Below, one piece after another: positions 1 through 8,474 of a stretch of 48,515 bases of DNA; position 1 is the first letter of the stretch, and each line of letters begins with the position of its first letter. A program made the translations under genes and the position numbers. The DNA is from a virus (Duplodnaviria; Caudoviricetes): positions 1-48,515 of IMG/VR virus record IMGVR_UViG_3300045837_000016, one strand, 5' to 3'. Below the pieces are notes generated by a model that worked only from the letters and a program-made list of their open reading frames with translations, did no database searches and was not told where the DNA came from.

Positions 1-99
1 CCATCAACTCGGCGAGCTCCCGCCTGGAGATGTAGCGCTCCGGTTCGCGGACCGGGAGATGGCGCACCGCGGTCACTCAGGAACTCCCTGCTGTCCAAA
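1..99. repeat. Copy of 2396..2494; recombinant junction (left flank of repeat B joined to right flank of repeat A)
   Basis: 1..99 is identical to 2396..2494, then continues as 48433 onward (agggggtctatt...). Confidence 0.95.
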
Positions 100-213
100 A
101 GGGGGTCTATTCAGGACCGCCCGGAGGAAGCGGCCGACGGCGAGACCTCCGGCAAGCGCGCCAGCGCCGACCAAGCCGAGGACCCCAGCGAAGTAGATCG
201 ACGACGCACTCAT
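73..213 (-). CDS. Small membrane protein (46 aa, MSASSIYFAGVLGLVGAGALAGGLAVGRFLRAVLNRPPFGQQGVPE)
   Basis: Manual translation; hydrophobic Gly-rich helix; stop overlaps the GTG in the repeat. Confidence 0.6.
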   Translation of the reverse strand: MSASSIYFAGVLGLVGAGALAGGLAVGRFLRAVLNRPPFGQQGVPE

Positions 214-630
214 CTAGTCGCCGCTCTCTCCGCGGAGCCTCGCCACCCAACTATCGAGAACCCGCGCGAGGTTCTGCATGGCCTCGGTGGAAGTCCCGCC
301 GATACCGGTGTGCTTACCGTTCTGGATACGTGTGCGGACCACGGCGCGCACACCGCCGCCATCGGTCGCTTCTAGCTCACCGCGCTGCGCCAATTCCCAC
401 GCAAGCGGGCTGTAGGGCTCGCTCCACGGCCTCGGGAGATGGGCGAGCGTGTTCGGGTCGTCGAACCGGATCTCGTTGCTTTCGCGTGGATGCGACGGAG
501 TCATGGCCGCTCCAATCCAGTCACCGCTCTCCAGGCGGCACAGCGCGTCGCCCAGATCGCCCAGCTTGGTGATGTCCTTGTCGCGCCAGATGAACCGCGC
601 GCCGTCGTGCATCGGACTCTCGTCTGCCAT
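214..630 (-). CDS. Hypothetical protein (start MADESP; possibly an in-frame fusion of two cassettes)
   Basis: GAGGAGGCGTG-ATG start at 630; internal GGAG-ATG MTPSHPRESNE resembles other gene starts. Confidence 0.6.
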   Translation of the reverse strand: MADESPMHDGARFIWRDKDITKLGDLGDALCRLESGDWIGAAMTPSHPRESNEIRFDDPNTLAHLPRPWSEPYSPLAWELAQRGELEATDGGGVRAVVRTRIQNGKHTGIGGTSTEAMQNLARVLDSWVARLRGESGD

Positions 631-665
631 CACGCCTCCTCGGTGTTGCAGGGTGTGTTCGGACT

Positions 666-1730
666 TCATGCCGCTCTCCTAAACGCTTCTTTGACGCGCT
701 CCAGCGCCCGGTCGTCATCGAAATGCCCATAAAGAGCGCGGCAGAGCATCCCGCGGTCGGTGTGCCCCAACGCGGCGGCCACATCCTCAAACGGCAACCG
801 CAGCTCGTTCACCGCAAACGACCCGTAAAAGTGCCGGGTTGCCAGGTACAGCGAGCCGGTGAACCCCACCCGAACCCTGACCTGATCCCAATACCACTGG
901 CGGGCAGACCGCCTCCAATGCCCGCGCTGGGTGTTCACGAACACCCACTCCGCCTCACGCGGCAGCGCGACAAGAACCTCATGCGCTGGAGGATGAATCG
1001 GCACCCGCCTGGGCTTGCCGTTCTTGGGCTTCTGGAAGGTCATCGACCGGGAGCAGAACTCGCGGTCAACGATGATCCAGCCAGCCTCAAGGTCCACCCG
1101 ATCCCACGACAGGCCGTCCAGCTCGCAGGTGCGCATCCCGGTAAAGCACGCCACCTGAAGCCACGCAGCGAACCCCGGAGGAGCCAGTTCGCGGGCCGCT
1201 TCGATCAGCCGCCAAACCGTCTCAATCGACGGAGGGTCCTGGTCGGCGTTGCCGCGCGACGGGACCACCACCCCCGAGAACGGGTTGGATGAGAGCAGCC
1301 GGCCAGCCCTGACGCTCATCGCGTCGGAGAACATGGTCCGCAGAAACTTCGCCGCTGAGGATGATCCGCCGGCCAGCAGCCATTCGCTCACGGTTTGGTG
1401 GTCGACGTGGGCGAGCAGCATGTGCCCGTAGGTGTTGACGAACGGGCGGGTCATGTCGCGGTTGGTGAGGTTCGACGACGCTTTGGGGCGCTGGAACATG
1501 GGGTGGGTGGTCCACAGCTCCCACCATGCCTGCACGGTCATCGCCTTGGGGTCGAGCGCGCGGGCTTTGAGCTTGGCTCGGGCTTGCTCTCTCGCCGCCT
1601 TGGCTTCGGCCTTGGTGCGGAACGAGGCGACCTCAAGGCCGAGCACCTTGGCGGCGCTGATGTTGGTCTTGGTGACGCTGTCGTAGCACTGCGCCCGCCA
1701 GCGGCCGTTGGGAAGCTTTGAGAGGCTCAT
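666..1730 (-). CDS. int: Tyrosine integrase
   Basis: FTGMRTCEL (R), KPKNGK (K), LYLATRH (variant HxxRH), LGH, LYGH (Tyr); N-terminal arm-binding-like NGRWRA...FRTKAEA. Confidence 0.95.
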   Translation of the reverse strand: MSLSKLPNGRWRAQCYDSVTKTNISAAKVLGLEVASFRTKAEAKAAREQARAKLKARALDPKAMTVQAWWELWTTHPMFQRPKASSNLTNRDMTRPFVNTYGHMLLAHVDHQTVSEWLLAGGSSSAAKFLRTMFSDAMSVRAGRLLSSNPFSGVVVPSRGNADQDPPSIETVWRLIEAARELAPPGFAAWLQVACFTGMRTCELDGLSWDRVDLEAGWIIVDREFCSRSMTFQKPKNGKPRRVPIHPPAHEVLVALPREAEWVFVNTQRGHWRRSARQWYWDQVRVRVGFTGSLYLATRHFYGSFAVNELRLPFEDVAAALGHTDRGMLCRALYGHFDDDRALERVKEAFRRAA

Positions 1731-2053
1731 CGCCGACCACCGCCATTCCAGTGATACCGCTGCTCGATGACCTCCGGCGGCGGGGTGTAGTGCTCGAAGA
1801 TCATCTCGACCTCCGACAACTCGCCCGAGTGGCTCGGGTAGTCAACGCTTCGACCGTCCGGGGCCTCGACGTAGTCGAGATAGTCCCAGTCACCGCAGTC
1901 GTTGAAGACTTGGATCGTCCAGCCGTTAGAGGCTCGATAGACGACGTTTCCAGCGTAGACCTTCTCGGGTCCGCGATTCGTCGTGAGCGTCACGTCCCCG
2001 CGCTCGATCGCCTCAAGCAGTTCGCGCAGCTCTTGCGCTTCGATGCCCTTCAT
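1727..2053 (-). CDS. Hypothetical protein
   Basis: 108 aa; 4-bp overlaps with both neighbours. Confidence 0.75.
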   Translation of the reverse strand: MKGIEAQELRELLEAIERGDVTLTTNRGPEKVYAGNVVYRASNGWTIQVFNDCGDWDYLDYVEAPDGRSVDYPSHSGELSEVEMIFEHYTPPPEVIEQRYHWNGGGRR

Positions 2054-2259
2054 CGGCCCCTCACCTTCTTGGCTTCAGAGTCCTTGCAGACCAGCCGGAT
2101 GTGATGAGTAGGACGCTCCGGGTCGATCTCGATGATGTCGACGAGAACGCCGGTGATCTTGCCGCCCTCGATGTTCTCTGCCTCCACGGTGACGATCTCG
2201 CCGGGACGCGCCAACGCGCCGATCTCCCCACCGTGCAGATCGAACTCAACTCGCTTCAT
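2050..2259 (-). CDS. Hypothetical protein (MKRVEFDL...)
   Basis: GGAGGG RBS; overlaps xis stop. Confidence 0.65.
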   Translation of the reverse strand: MKRVEFDLHGGEIGALARPGEIVTVEAENIEGGKITGVLVDIIEIDPERPTHHIRLVCKDSEAKKVRGR

Positions 2260-2471
2260 TGCTCTCCCTCCTGCGTTGAATGCTCTCGAGCCCACGCTAA
2301 CGCTGTAGAAGCCCGGAAGCGACGTGTCTTCTTCCCCCACCGGACGCTAGGGATGCCAGCCGCCACGTAGCGGTCCACCGTCCGCAGGCTCACGCCCATC
2401 AACTCGGCGAGCTCCCGCCTGGAGATGTAGCGCTCCGGTTCGCGGACCGGGAGATGGCGCACCGCGGTCAC
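2256..2471 (-). CDS. xis: Excisionase / HTH recombination directionality factor
   Basis: YISRRELAELMGVSLRTVDRYVAAGIPSVRWGKKTRRF, AlpA/HTH_17-like; upstream of int. Confidence 0.85.
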   Translation of the reverse strand: MTAVRHLPVREPERYISRRELAELMGVSLRTVDRYVAAGIPSVRWGKKTRRFRASTALAWAREHSTQEGEQ

Positions 2472-2494
2472 TCAGGAACTCCCTGCTGTCCAAA
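2435..2494. repeat. 60-bp direct repeat, copy B (pairs with 48373..48432)
   Basis: ccgRttcgcggaccgRgagatggcgcaccgcggtcactcaggaactccctgctgtccaaa, 2 mismatches; contains the xis RBS and start. Confidence 0.95.
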
Positions 2495-2520
2495 CTGAGG
2501 TCTCCTTGCGGAAAGCACCT

Positions 2521-2847
2521 TTACCTGCGCTCCCGGACCGCAATGCCGCCGCCGCGGCAGTCTTCACACCAAGTCAGCGCATCACCCGCGCGCCGGTAGC
2601 CACGACCACCGCAACGCTCGCAGAGCTTCCGGCCCTCGGCCGGACGAGGAGGCTTGACGTCGGCCACGTCGATGAGCGCGCCGCAGTGCGGGCAGTTGCC
2701 GAGTCCTGCGCCGACCGTGTCTGCGCGCTCGCGGTCGTCGGCTCTGCGGGCCGCCATGTACTCGCGGCGCCCGAGATGCCACGGCTGGGGCGGGAACACG
2801 CGGCCCTCGCGGCGGTAGCGCTCGCGCATCTCGTCGACTCGGCTCAT
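2521..2847 (-). CDS. Zinc-finger protein (DnaJ-like CxxCxGxG repeats)
   Basis: CPHCG, CERCGGRG, CEDCRGGG. Confidence 0.6.
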   Translation of the reverse strand: MSRVDEMRERYRREGRVFPPQPWHLGRREYMAARRADDRERADTVGAGLGNCPHCGALIDVADVKPPRPAEGRKLCERCGGRGYRRAGDALTWCEDCRGGGIAVRERR

Positions 2848-3191
2848 CCCTCGTCCATCTCCTTGAGCGCCTCGACAAACTCATCGGCCATCAGCTCGTC
2901 CCAGTCGACGCACGCCTGCTGATCGTCCCGGCGCTCCGCGAGGGCCTGCTGGAGCCGCTCTCCGATCTTGACCGCGCGACTCAGCCGGGCCTTGGCCTTG
3001 TCAGCACTCTCGGCCCATCGCAGACATGACTGGATGGCGTTGTCGGCTTCGACGGCCAGTCGGCGGTAGGCGTCGAGGCCGACCACCTCCACGTCGGAGC
3101 CGTACATGCCGGCGCCGGGCAGCCTCCAGGCCGTCGGCTCGGGCGACCGCTCAGGAATGTCGCTTTCGCGTGGATGCGGGTCAGTAGCCAT
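2844..3191 (-). CDS. Hypothetical protein (MATDPHPRESD...)
   Basis: Start matches the recurrent N-terminal motif; coupled to neighbours. Confidence 0.65.
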   Translation of the reverse strand: MATDPHPRESDIPERSPEPTAWRLPGAGMYGSDVEVVGLDAYRRLAVEADNAIQSCLRWAESADKAKARLSRAVKIGERLQQALAERRDDQQACVDWDELMADEFVEALKEMDEG

Positions 3192-3426
3192 CTGGGCCGT
3201 CCATCCCGCCGTCGTCGTCGATCTCCACCGGATGAGCGAGGCCAGCCGCGAGGTCGCGATGACGCTGTAGCCACGCCTCCTTGAGCACCGGGTTGCGCAT
3301 GGCCATCTTTGCGCCCCAGGCCGCGTTGACCTCGATCCCGCGCCTGAACGCCTCGCCTTGCACCAGCGCGAAGATGAACCGCTCAAGCTGCTCGTCGGTC
3401 GGCGGTGTGTAAGAGCTTTGACTCAT
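3181..3426 (-). CDS. Hypothetical protein
   Basis: Coupled ORF in the early operon. Confidence 0.6.
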   Translation of the reverse strand: MSQSSYTPPTDEQLERFIFALVQGEAFRRGIEVNAAWGAKMAMRNPVLKEAWLQRHRDLAAGLAHPVEIDDDGGMDGPDGY

Positions 3427-3683
3427 CGTGAGATCCCCAACGTCGCCCGCAGTCGATCGAAGTGCTCGCGATGGCTGAGCCCGGGTCGGGCCAGTGTGTG
3501 CTCGACCAGCTCCCGCGCGGCCTCATGCACCGGGTCATAGCGACGAGCCGCCCGGAGCGCCGTGGTCGCCAACTCGCGCGCTCGCGCCGGATCGTTCAGC
3601 CAGTGCAGCTTGGCCGCGAGCGCGTCCGCCGCGGCGCCGATCTCTGTCGCGGACGGTTCCTTGATCCAGTTGCTGTGACTCAA
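3423..3683 (-). CDS. Hypothetical protein
   Basis: Coupled ORF. Confidence 0.6.
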   Translation of the reverse strand: MSHSNWIKEPSATEIGAAADALAAKLHWLNDPARARELATTALRAARRYDPVHEAARELVEHTLARPGLSHREHFDRLRATLGISR

Positions 3684-4048
3684 GAGGACGTCTCCAGCGT
3701 TGCAACGGCGCGCACCGGCTCGCTGACGGGCAGATCATCCGCCGAGCACCATGACCGCACGCCGTCGAAGTTGAGCAGCGACCCGGGCATCCCGCACGCC
3801 GCGCCGATTTCGTGGTGCGTGGCGCAGGTCCACCGGCGCTGGTAGTCGATCCAGTGCTCGTCGCAGCAGAAGCCGTGGTCGAAGCCGTACCCCTCAGCCG
3901 GCGTCTCGTCCCACCAGTAGACGACGTGGACGGTCGCGGGCTTGCTGCACAGGATCTCGCCGCCGTCGTCGGCGCGGTCGATCAGGCGCGAGCAGGTGCG
4001 CGAGCTGTTGTTCGCCAGGCCGAGCGGAGGAATGTCGCCGGGATTCAT
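3680..4048 (-). CDS. Cys-rich hypothetical protein (MNPGDIPP...)
   Basis: GGGAG RBS; several Cys/His pairs. Confidence 0.6.
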   Translation of the reverse strand: MNPGDIPPLGLANNSSRTCSRLIDRADDGGEILCSKPATVHVVYWWDETPAEGYGFDHGFCCDEHWIDYQRRWTCATHHEIGAACGMPGSLLNFDGVRSWCSADDLPVSEPVRAVATLETSS

Positions 4049-4344
4049 AGAAACTCCCGTCGGCGCGGTGGCGGCGTGGGCCGAGCGCCCGGCGCTGGAG
4101 GTTCGACGTGACGCACCCACGTCCGCCCGTTGCTGCGGTATGGCATGACCGCACCGCAACCGCGCTCGCAATAGCCGACGCCCGATGGCTCCGGCCAACG
4201 GTGCAAGCCGAGGCGACACCAAATAGACCTGCGTTGCATGGTCGCCGGTCGAGCGCGATGGCAGCGCGGCCACTCGCAGTTGCAGACGCATTCATTGGCC
4301 GCGTGGCAGCACAGAACCTCGTTGCTTTGCTCGGGCTGCGACAT
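4045..4344 (-). CDS. Cys-rich hypothetical protein
   Basis: MSQPEQSNE start motif; WCRLGLHRW...CERGCG. Confidence 0.6.
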   Translation of the reverse strand: MSQPEQSNEVLCCHAANECVCNCEWPRCHRARPATMQRRSIWCRLGLHRWPEPSGVGYCERGCGAVMPYRSNGRTWVRHVEPPAPGARPTPPPRRREFL

Positions 4345-4557
4345 TCAGACCCCCCACGCCCAGAGCGCCCGACGCAACGCCGCTCGCTCTGCGCCATCGT
4401 TGCCGACAGCGAAGGGGTCCAGGCCCATCGCCTCCACGTAGGCAAGCTGCTCCGCGTCGGCCTCGACCTCGTTCGCGGGGACGAACGGCTCGCCCATGAT
4501 GTGTGACGGGATCGCCAGCGCCGAGAGCAGAGCGTTGCTTTGGCTGGGATGGGCCAT
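4345..4557 (-). CDS. Hypothetical protein
   Basis: MAHPSQSN start motif. Confidence 0.6.
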   Translation of the reverse strand: MAHPSQSNALLSALAIPSHIMGEPFVPANEVEADAEQLAYVEAMGLDPFAVGNDGAERAALRRALWAWGV

Positions 4558-4866
4558 TCAGTCCACCACCCTCACGACGCGAGGCTTAATCGACAGCGAG
4601 CCGTCTTCCCAGTCGCCCGCCAGCCCGAAGTGGCGGGCCATCGCGCTGTCGTAGGAGGTCTGGAAGGCCATCGAGCGATAGCCGACCTGACGGGCCGGAC
4701 ACTCAATGCCGTCGCAGTGGAACCATCCGAACGCGACGGGTGTCTCAGCGGCCAGCCTGCGCAGCCGCTCTCTGGTCCGATCGGGCACCACGAACGACGC
4801 GCCCTCGATGATCTTCTGGAGGTCCGCGCGGGCGATCGTCAGTTCCCCGTTGCTTTGGTCTGTCAT
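4558..4866 (-). CDS. Hypothetical protein
   Basis: MTDQSNGE start motif. Confidence 0.6.
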   Translation of the reverse strand: MTDQSNGELTIARADLQKIIEGASFVVPDRTRERLRRLAAETPVAFGWFHCDGIECPARQVGYRSMAFQTSYDSAMARHFGLAGDWEDGSLSIKPRVVRVVD

Positions 4867-4997
4867 GACCTCTCCTCACGGATCTGTCGCAGTGCGACGT
4901 TCCAGCAGCCACAGTTCCGTGCGCCGCCGCAAGAGCACCCGCGCTCGCGGGCGACCGCGACCGCGCGCTTGTCGATCTTGTCGCGCTCGTCTGCCAT
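4863..4997 (-). CDS. Small Cys-rich protein (MADERDK..., 44 aa)
   Basis: Follows the GAGGAGGCGTGATG linker; CSCGGARNCGCW. Confidence 0.55.
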   Translation of the reverse strand: MADERDKIDKRAVAVARERGCSCGGARNCGCWNVALRQIREERS

Positions 4998-5487
4998 CAC
5001 GCCTCCTCGGTCGGCTCGTTCACAGCGCGCCAGATCGCGCGGGCGCGCTCAGCGAACGCCTCCCGCTCACCCTCCGGGAGCGCGTTCATGTAGTCGAGCA
5101 TCGCGTCGTCCACGCGCCGCTGAAGCTCCTCAAGCGTCGGCTCTCGCTCCTTGTCTGCCATCACGCCTCCTCGGTGCTGTGTTTCTTGTCCCGCCATGCC
5201 TTGAACTCGGCAGCGTGCTCGGCGCACAGCCGTACCAGCCACGTTGTCGCGGCCGGCGCGCCGCAGTCCTCGCACACCTCCTCGGGGGCTTGCGCCTCCT
5301 CGGTGTTGTCCCGCACCAACGCACAGTCGCCGTCGTGCCCATACACACGTCCGCACGAACAGCCGCCCGGCGCCTCCTCGGTGTTGCAGGGTGTGTTCCC
5401 CAGTCGGCGATACTGCTCGCCGTCCCAATACATCCCCGGGGGCGCCTCCGCCGAGCTGTCTTTCGCGCGCGGCACCTCCTCGGTGTT
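4986..5487 (-). repeat. Dispersed gene-boundary linker (coding strand AACACCGAGGAGGCG[TGATGGCAGAC])
   Basis: Copies at 619-660, 4986-5011, 5153-5176, 5293-5308, 5371-5398, 5475-5487; pairwise identity up to 28 bp. Confidence 0.85.
4997..5161 (-). CDS. Small acidic protein (MADKEREP...TEEA)
   Basis: Bounded by the linker repeat on both sides. Confidence 0.55.
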   Translation of the reverse strand: MADKEREPTLEELQRRVDDAMLDYMNALPEGEREAFAERARAIWRAVNEPTEEA

Positions 5488-5655
5488 ATCGCCCAGCGCC
5501 GCGCGCAGAGCCTTCACGTGCTCACACAGCGACGCGAACTCCTCCGGGTCCGCCGCGACGGTCGACAAATCGGTCAGCAACGCCTGAGCGGCTTCACGCA
5601 GCCGCTCGTGCTCGCTGACCGGCATCCAGAGAGATCCGTCGATCTCGCGTCTCAT
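5161..5655 (-). CDS. Mosaic hypothetical protein with four (N/S)TEE(A/V) linkers
   Basis: DNTEEV, NTPCNTEEA, DNTEEA, HSTEEA* separate short Cys-motif segments. Confidence 0.6.
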   Translation of the reverse strand: MRREIDGSLWMPVSEHERLREAAQALLTDLSTVAADPEEFASLCEHVKALRAALGDNTEEVPRAKDSSAEAPPGMYWDGEQYRRLGNTPCNTEEAPGGCSCGRVYGHDGDCALVRDNTEEAQAPEEVCEDCGAPAATTWLVRLCAEHAAEFKAWRDKKHSTEEA

Positions 5656-6149
5656 CGGAGCCATGCCCAAGTCTTGCCCGTCTTGATTCCGCGGATCGTC
5701 GTCTCACCGACGCCGAAGCGTCGCGCGATTGCTGACTGCGAGAGTTCGCCAGTCGCTAGGAGAGAGCGGATCTCCCGGACGGCATCCTCACTAAGGCGAG
5801 CCAGGGAGTTGGCGGCGCCGAGGTGTACGGGTGGGCGAATGCGGCCCTTCGCTCCTCCGTCTCGCATGTTGTCCGCGTGAGTCCCGAGGAACAGGTGCGC
5901 GGGGTTGCAGCACGGCGGGTTGTCGCAGCGATGAAGGACGTGCTGCGCGCTTGAGATATCGCCATTGGTGAGTTGCCATGCGATGCGGTGAGCGCTCCGC
6001 CCGTACCGCGCGACCAGGGCTCCAATCGACACATTTCCGTAGCCGTGCGTGTTGCGGGCGCGCGTCCACGGCCAGCACTCGTCATCGGTCCCAATCGCCA
6101 CGCGATCCCAGAACCCGAAATCGTCTCGAAGGGGGTCTGCTTGAGTCAC
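5652..6149 (-). CDS. HNH homing endonuclease with C-terminal HTH
   Basis: ECWPWT..GYG..AHRIAW..VLHRCDNPPCCNPAHLFLGTHADNMRD; LSQSAIARRFGVGETTI. Confidence 0.92.
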   Translation of the reverse strand: MTQADPLRDDFGFWDRVAIGTDDECWPWTRARNTHGYGNVSIGALVARYGRSAHRIAWQLTNGDISSAQHVLHRCDNPPCCNPAHLFLGTHADNMRDGGAKGRIRPPVHLGAANSLARLSEDAVREIRSLLATGELSQSAIARRFGVGETTIRGIKTGKTWAWLR

Positions 6150-6616
6150 CCGATGAACCCCAAGCTCTCCAGCGTGGCGATCGCCTGATCAACCTGCCCC
6201 CGCGTCAGTCCAGTGCGCTCCACGAGCGTGGCGACGTTGAGGCCGTCCGGGTCGTCCTTGACCTCGTAGAGCACCTCCAGCACCTTGACGGCCGACGGGT
6301 TGAGCTTCACGTCGCCGTGAGCGGTGCTGACCTGGGCGTATAGAGCGGCAGCCTCCGGGTCCGTGTGGATCATTTCCTCGCTCCGCGCGTTGCCCTGCTC
6401 GGTCAGCGAGAACTTCATCTGGCCGTCGCCGCCGACGCGAACGATCATGTTGCCCTCGCGAACGTTCTCCAGCAGCCCGTCGAGCACCTCGTCAACGCGC
6501 TGGCAGAGGCGACACAACGGCCCGTGGTCGGCCGCCGCGCAGGCCCAGAGATCGTCGCCACTCGTCCAGACGTGAACGTCGGGGCCGTCCTGCTGGTGGA
6601 TGATCTCCTTGCTCAC
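6146..6616 (-). CDS. Protein with C-terminal winged HTH
   Basis: LNVATLVERTGLTRGQVDQAIATLESLGFI. Confidence 0.65.
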   Translation of the reverse strand: MSKEIIHQQDGPDVHVWTSGDDLWACAAADHGPLCRLCQRVDEVLDGLLENVREGNMIVRVGGDGQMKFSLTEQGNARSEEMIHTDPEAAALYAQVSTAHGDVKLNPSAVKVLEVLYEVKDDPDGLNVATLVERTGLTRGQVDQAIATLESLGFIG

Positions 6617-6643
6617 GTCGTCCCTCCAGACCTGCGTCGTTTT

Positions 6644-6865
6644 CTAAGGGACATTGCTCGCCTCTGGATTCGCCGGGTGCGTCGGCCACTCATCACGCAG
6701 GAAGTCGCAGATGCAGTCGCAGGTGTAGTGACCGCATCCGTCTGGCCGCACGTCGGAGCGGCCGCAGAGATCGTGCTCGCTGAGCGGCTTCTGGCAGTCG
6801 ATGCAGAACGGGTCGTCCAGGGCGTTGCGTTGGGTCCAAGCCACCTTTACTGCTCCAAAGTTCAT
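6644..6865 (-). CDS. Small Cys-rich protein
   Basis: CIDC, CGHYTCDCIC. Confidence 0.55.
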   Translation of the reverse strand: MNFGAVKVAWTQRNALDDPFCIDCQKPLSEHDLCGRSDVRPDGCGHYTCDCICDFLRDEWPTHPANPEASNVP

Positions 6866-7100
6866 CAGGCCTCACGCGCTTTCCGTCCGAGACTCCGTCC
6901 GGCCTCCCAGATCTCCGTGATCTTGTCCTCAGGGATGCCGTGCTCGCGCATCTCCGAGCGCCACCGTTCCTCGAATGCGGCCTCGTCCATCGGCGGCACG
7001 TTCGACGGGTGATCGGTATCCAAGAAGCTGCCCGAACACCGCTCGTCGGCACTCAGCATCGGCCGCTTGCAGACCGGGCAAATGTAGGTGCTTTCACTCA
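6865..7100 (-). CDS. Small zinc-ribbon protein (start approximate)
   Basis: YICPVCKRP. Confidence 0.5.
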
Positions 7101-7131
7101 CGGATAAACCTGCTTTCTCCACTCAGCGCCA

Positions 7132-7461
7132 TTACCGGCCACGCCTCGGCTTCGCCAGTAGCGCGAACAGTCGCGCCCGCTCCGCCACACGAAGGTTCCC
7201 GACCTCGCGCTCTGAGGAGATCCCGGCGCATGAGCAGAGAGTCAGCGCCCGATGGCGCCCCACCCACGGAACCGCCCGGAGAAGGTCGTACACCGCCATC
7301 GACCGGGCGCACGCCGGCGGCTTGTCGAGCACGTCCAGAATGGACGTGGAGCCCGCGCGGATCTCGGCTTTGAGAGCAGCGCGGCCGATCCGGATCTCGT
7401 TGGCGCGGTCCAGGGATCTCTGGCGCTTCTCCTCGATGGTCAGGGTTGCGCTCACGTTCAA
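7132..7461 (-). CDS. mihF: Actinobacterial integration host factor (mIHF/sIHF, H2TH) homolog
   Basis: RANEIRIGRAALKAEIRAG...VYDLLRAVPWVGRHRA...GISSEREVGNL..ERARL matches the mIHF pattern. Confidence 0.85.
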   Translation of the reverse strand: MNVSATLTIEEKRQRSLDRANEIRIGRAALKAEIRAGSTSILDVLDKPPACARSMAVYDLLRAVPWVGRHRALTLCSCAGISSEREVGNLRVAERARLFALLAKPRRGR

Positions 7462-8210
7462 ACCTCCTGTCGTCTACGGTCAGGGCCGGAAAGCTCCAGC
7501 GGCCAGCACATCTGCGACAGCCTGGAGATCGTCCGCTCATCCAAACGCGCCTCCCACAGCTCCGGGGGGTAGTTGGTCGCCATCAGGATCGGCCGCGAAT
7601 GCTGGTAGCGCTCGTCAACCAGCCTTGCCAGACGGTCCACCCGCCAGCCGGTCGGGTCCTCCGCCCCCAGATCATCGAGCGCCAAGATCTCGACGGTGGT
7701 GGCGCGCTCCCAGATCGCCCGGTGCTCCCGATGATCGCCGAAGGAGTGCTGGAGATCGTCGAGCAGGCCGGCGGCGGAGCGAAACATGACCGGGGCGGCA
7801 CACTCGCGGATCAGCAACCGGCACCACGCCACCAGCAGATGGCTCTTGCCTCGGCCCGCCTCCCCGTACAGCGCCGGCGTCTTGGGCAGCGGGCCGCGCT
7901 CCTCCTCGGGCCGCGATCGCCACTCCGCGTAGTCGCGGGTCCAGCCGCGGAGCACCGACAGCACCCGGCGATTCGAGTCGTCCTCGTCCACCCGGCGTTT
8001 GGCGAACATGGCCGGGAACCCAGCGCGCTCTTCGAGCACGTTGCGCCGGGCGTCCGGGGTGGCGGTCTGCACGTGCTGTGAGGAGAAGCCGCCGCACTCG
8101 GGGCAGGTGAACTCGATGAAGTCGCCGGCCAGCTCGCGTTCGGCTTCGATGCTGGTGCAGCGCCCCTCGGGGGTGAACGCGCCGCACGGAATATCCAGCG
8201 TCACTCTCAT
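7458..8210 (-). CDS. DnaC/IstB-like AAA+ helicase loader
   Basis: Walker A GEAGRGKS, Walker B LALDDLG, ATN, RTISRL; downstream of the initiator. Confidence 0.92.
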   Translation of the reverse strand: MRVTLDIPCGAFTPEGRCTSIEAERELAGDFIEFTCPECGGFSSQHVQTATPDARRNVLEERAGFPAMFAKRRVDEDDSNRRVLSVLRGWTRDYAEWRSRPEEERGPLPKTPALYGEAGRGKSHLLVAWCRLLIRECAAPVMFRSAAGLLDDLQHSFGDHREHRAIWERATTVEILALDDLGAEDPTGWRVDRLARLVDERYQHSRPILMATNYPPELWEARLDERTISRLSQMCWPLELSGPDRRRQEV

Positions 8211-8474
8211 TCAGTTGCTCCCTGCCTCGATCCGATCCGCCAGCCGCTCCAGAAACGTCGCCATCCCGTCGGCGGCGCAGCGAATGTCGGCCGCGTCGGT
8301 CCGGAGCAACCCGGGCGTCGGCGCGATCTGGTTGCCGTTGCCGAGCTGCAACAGCGCGCTTGCGAGGTTCGCCTGCACCATCGCGTGCAGCCCGGTGATA
8401 ACGCTCGTGTCCTGCCACGCGGCGAGGAGCCGGGTGACCTCTTGGCGGATCTCTGGGGTGGTGTGGTCGCTCAT
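8211..8474 (-). CDS. Hypothetical protein (MSDHTTPE...)
   Basis: GAAGGAG RBS; overlaps the initiator stop. Confidence 0.6.
   Translation of the reverse strand: MSDHTTPEIRQEVTRLLAAWQDTSVITGLHAMVQANLASALLQLGNGNQIAPTPGLLRTDAADIRCAADGMATFLERLADRIEAGSN

Noticed and set aside
4986-5487. CRISPR array
   Set aside because: Spacing is irregular (about 80-165 bp), repeats are in-frame coding/RBS sequence, and no cas genes are present.
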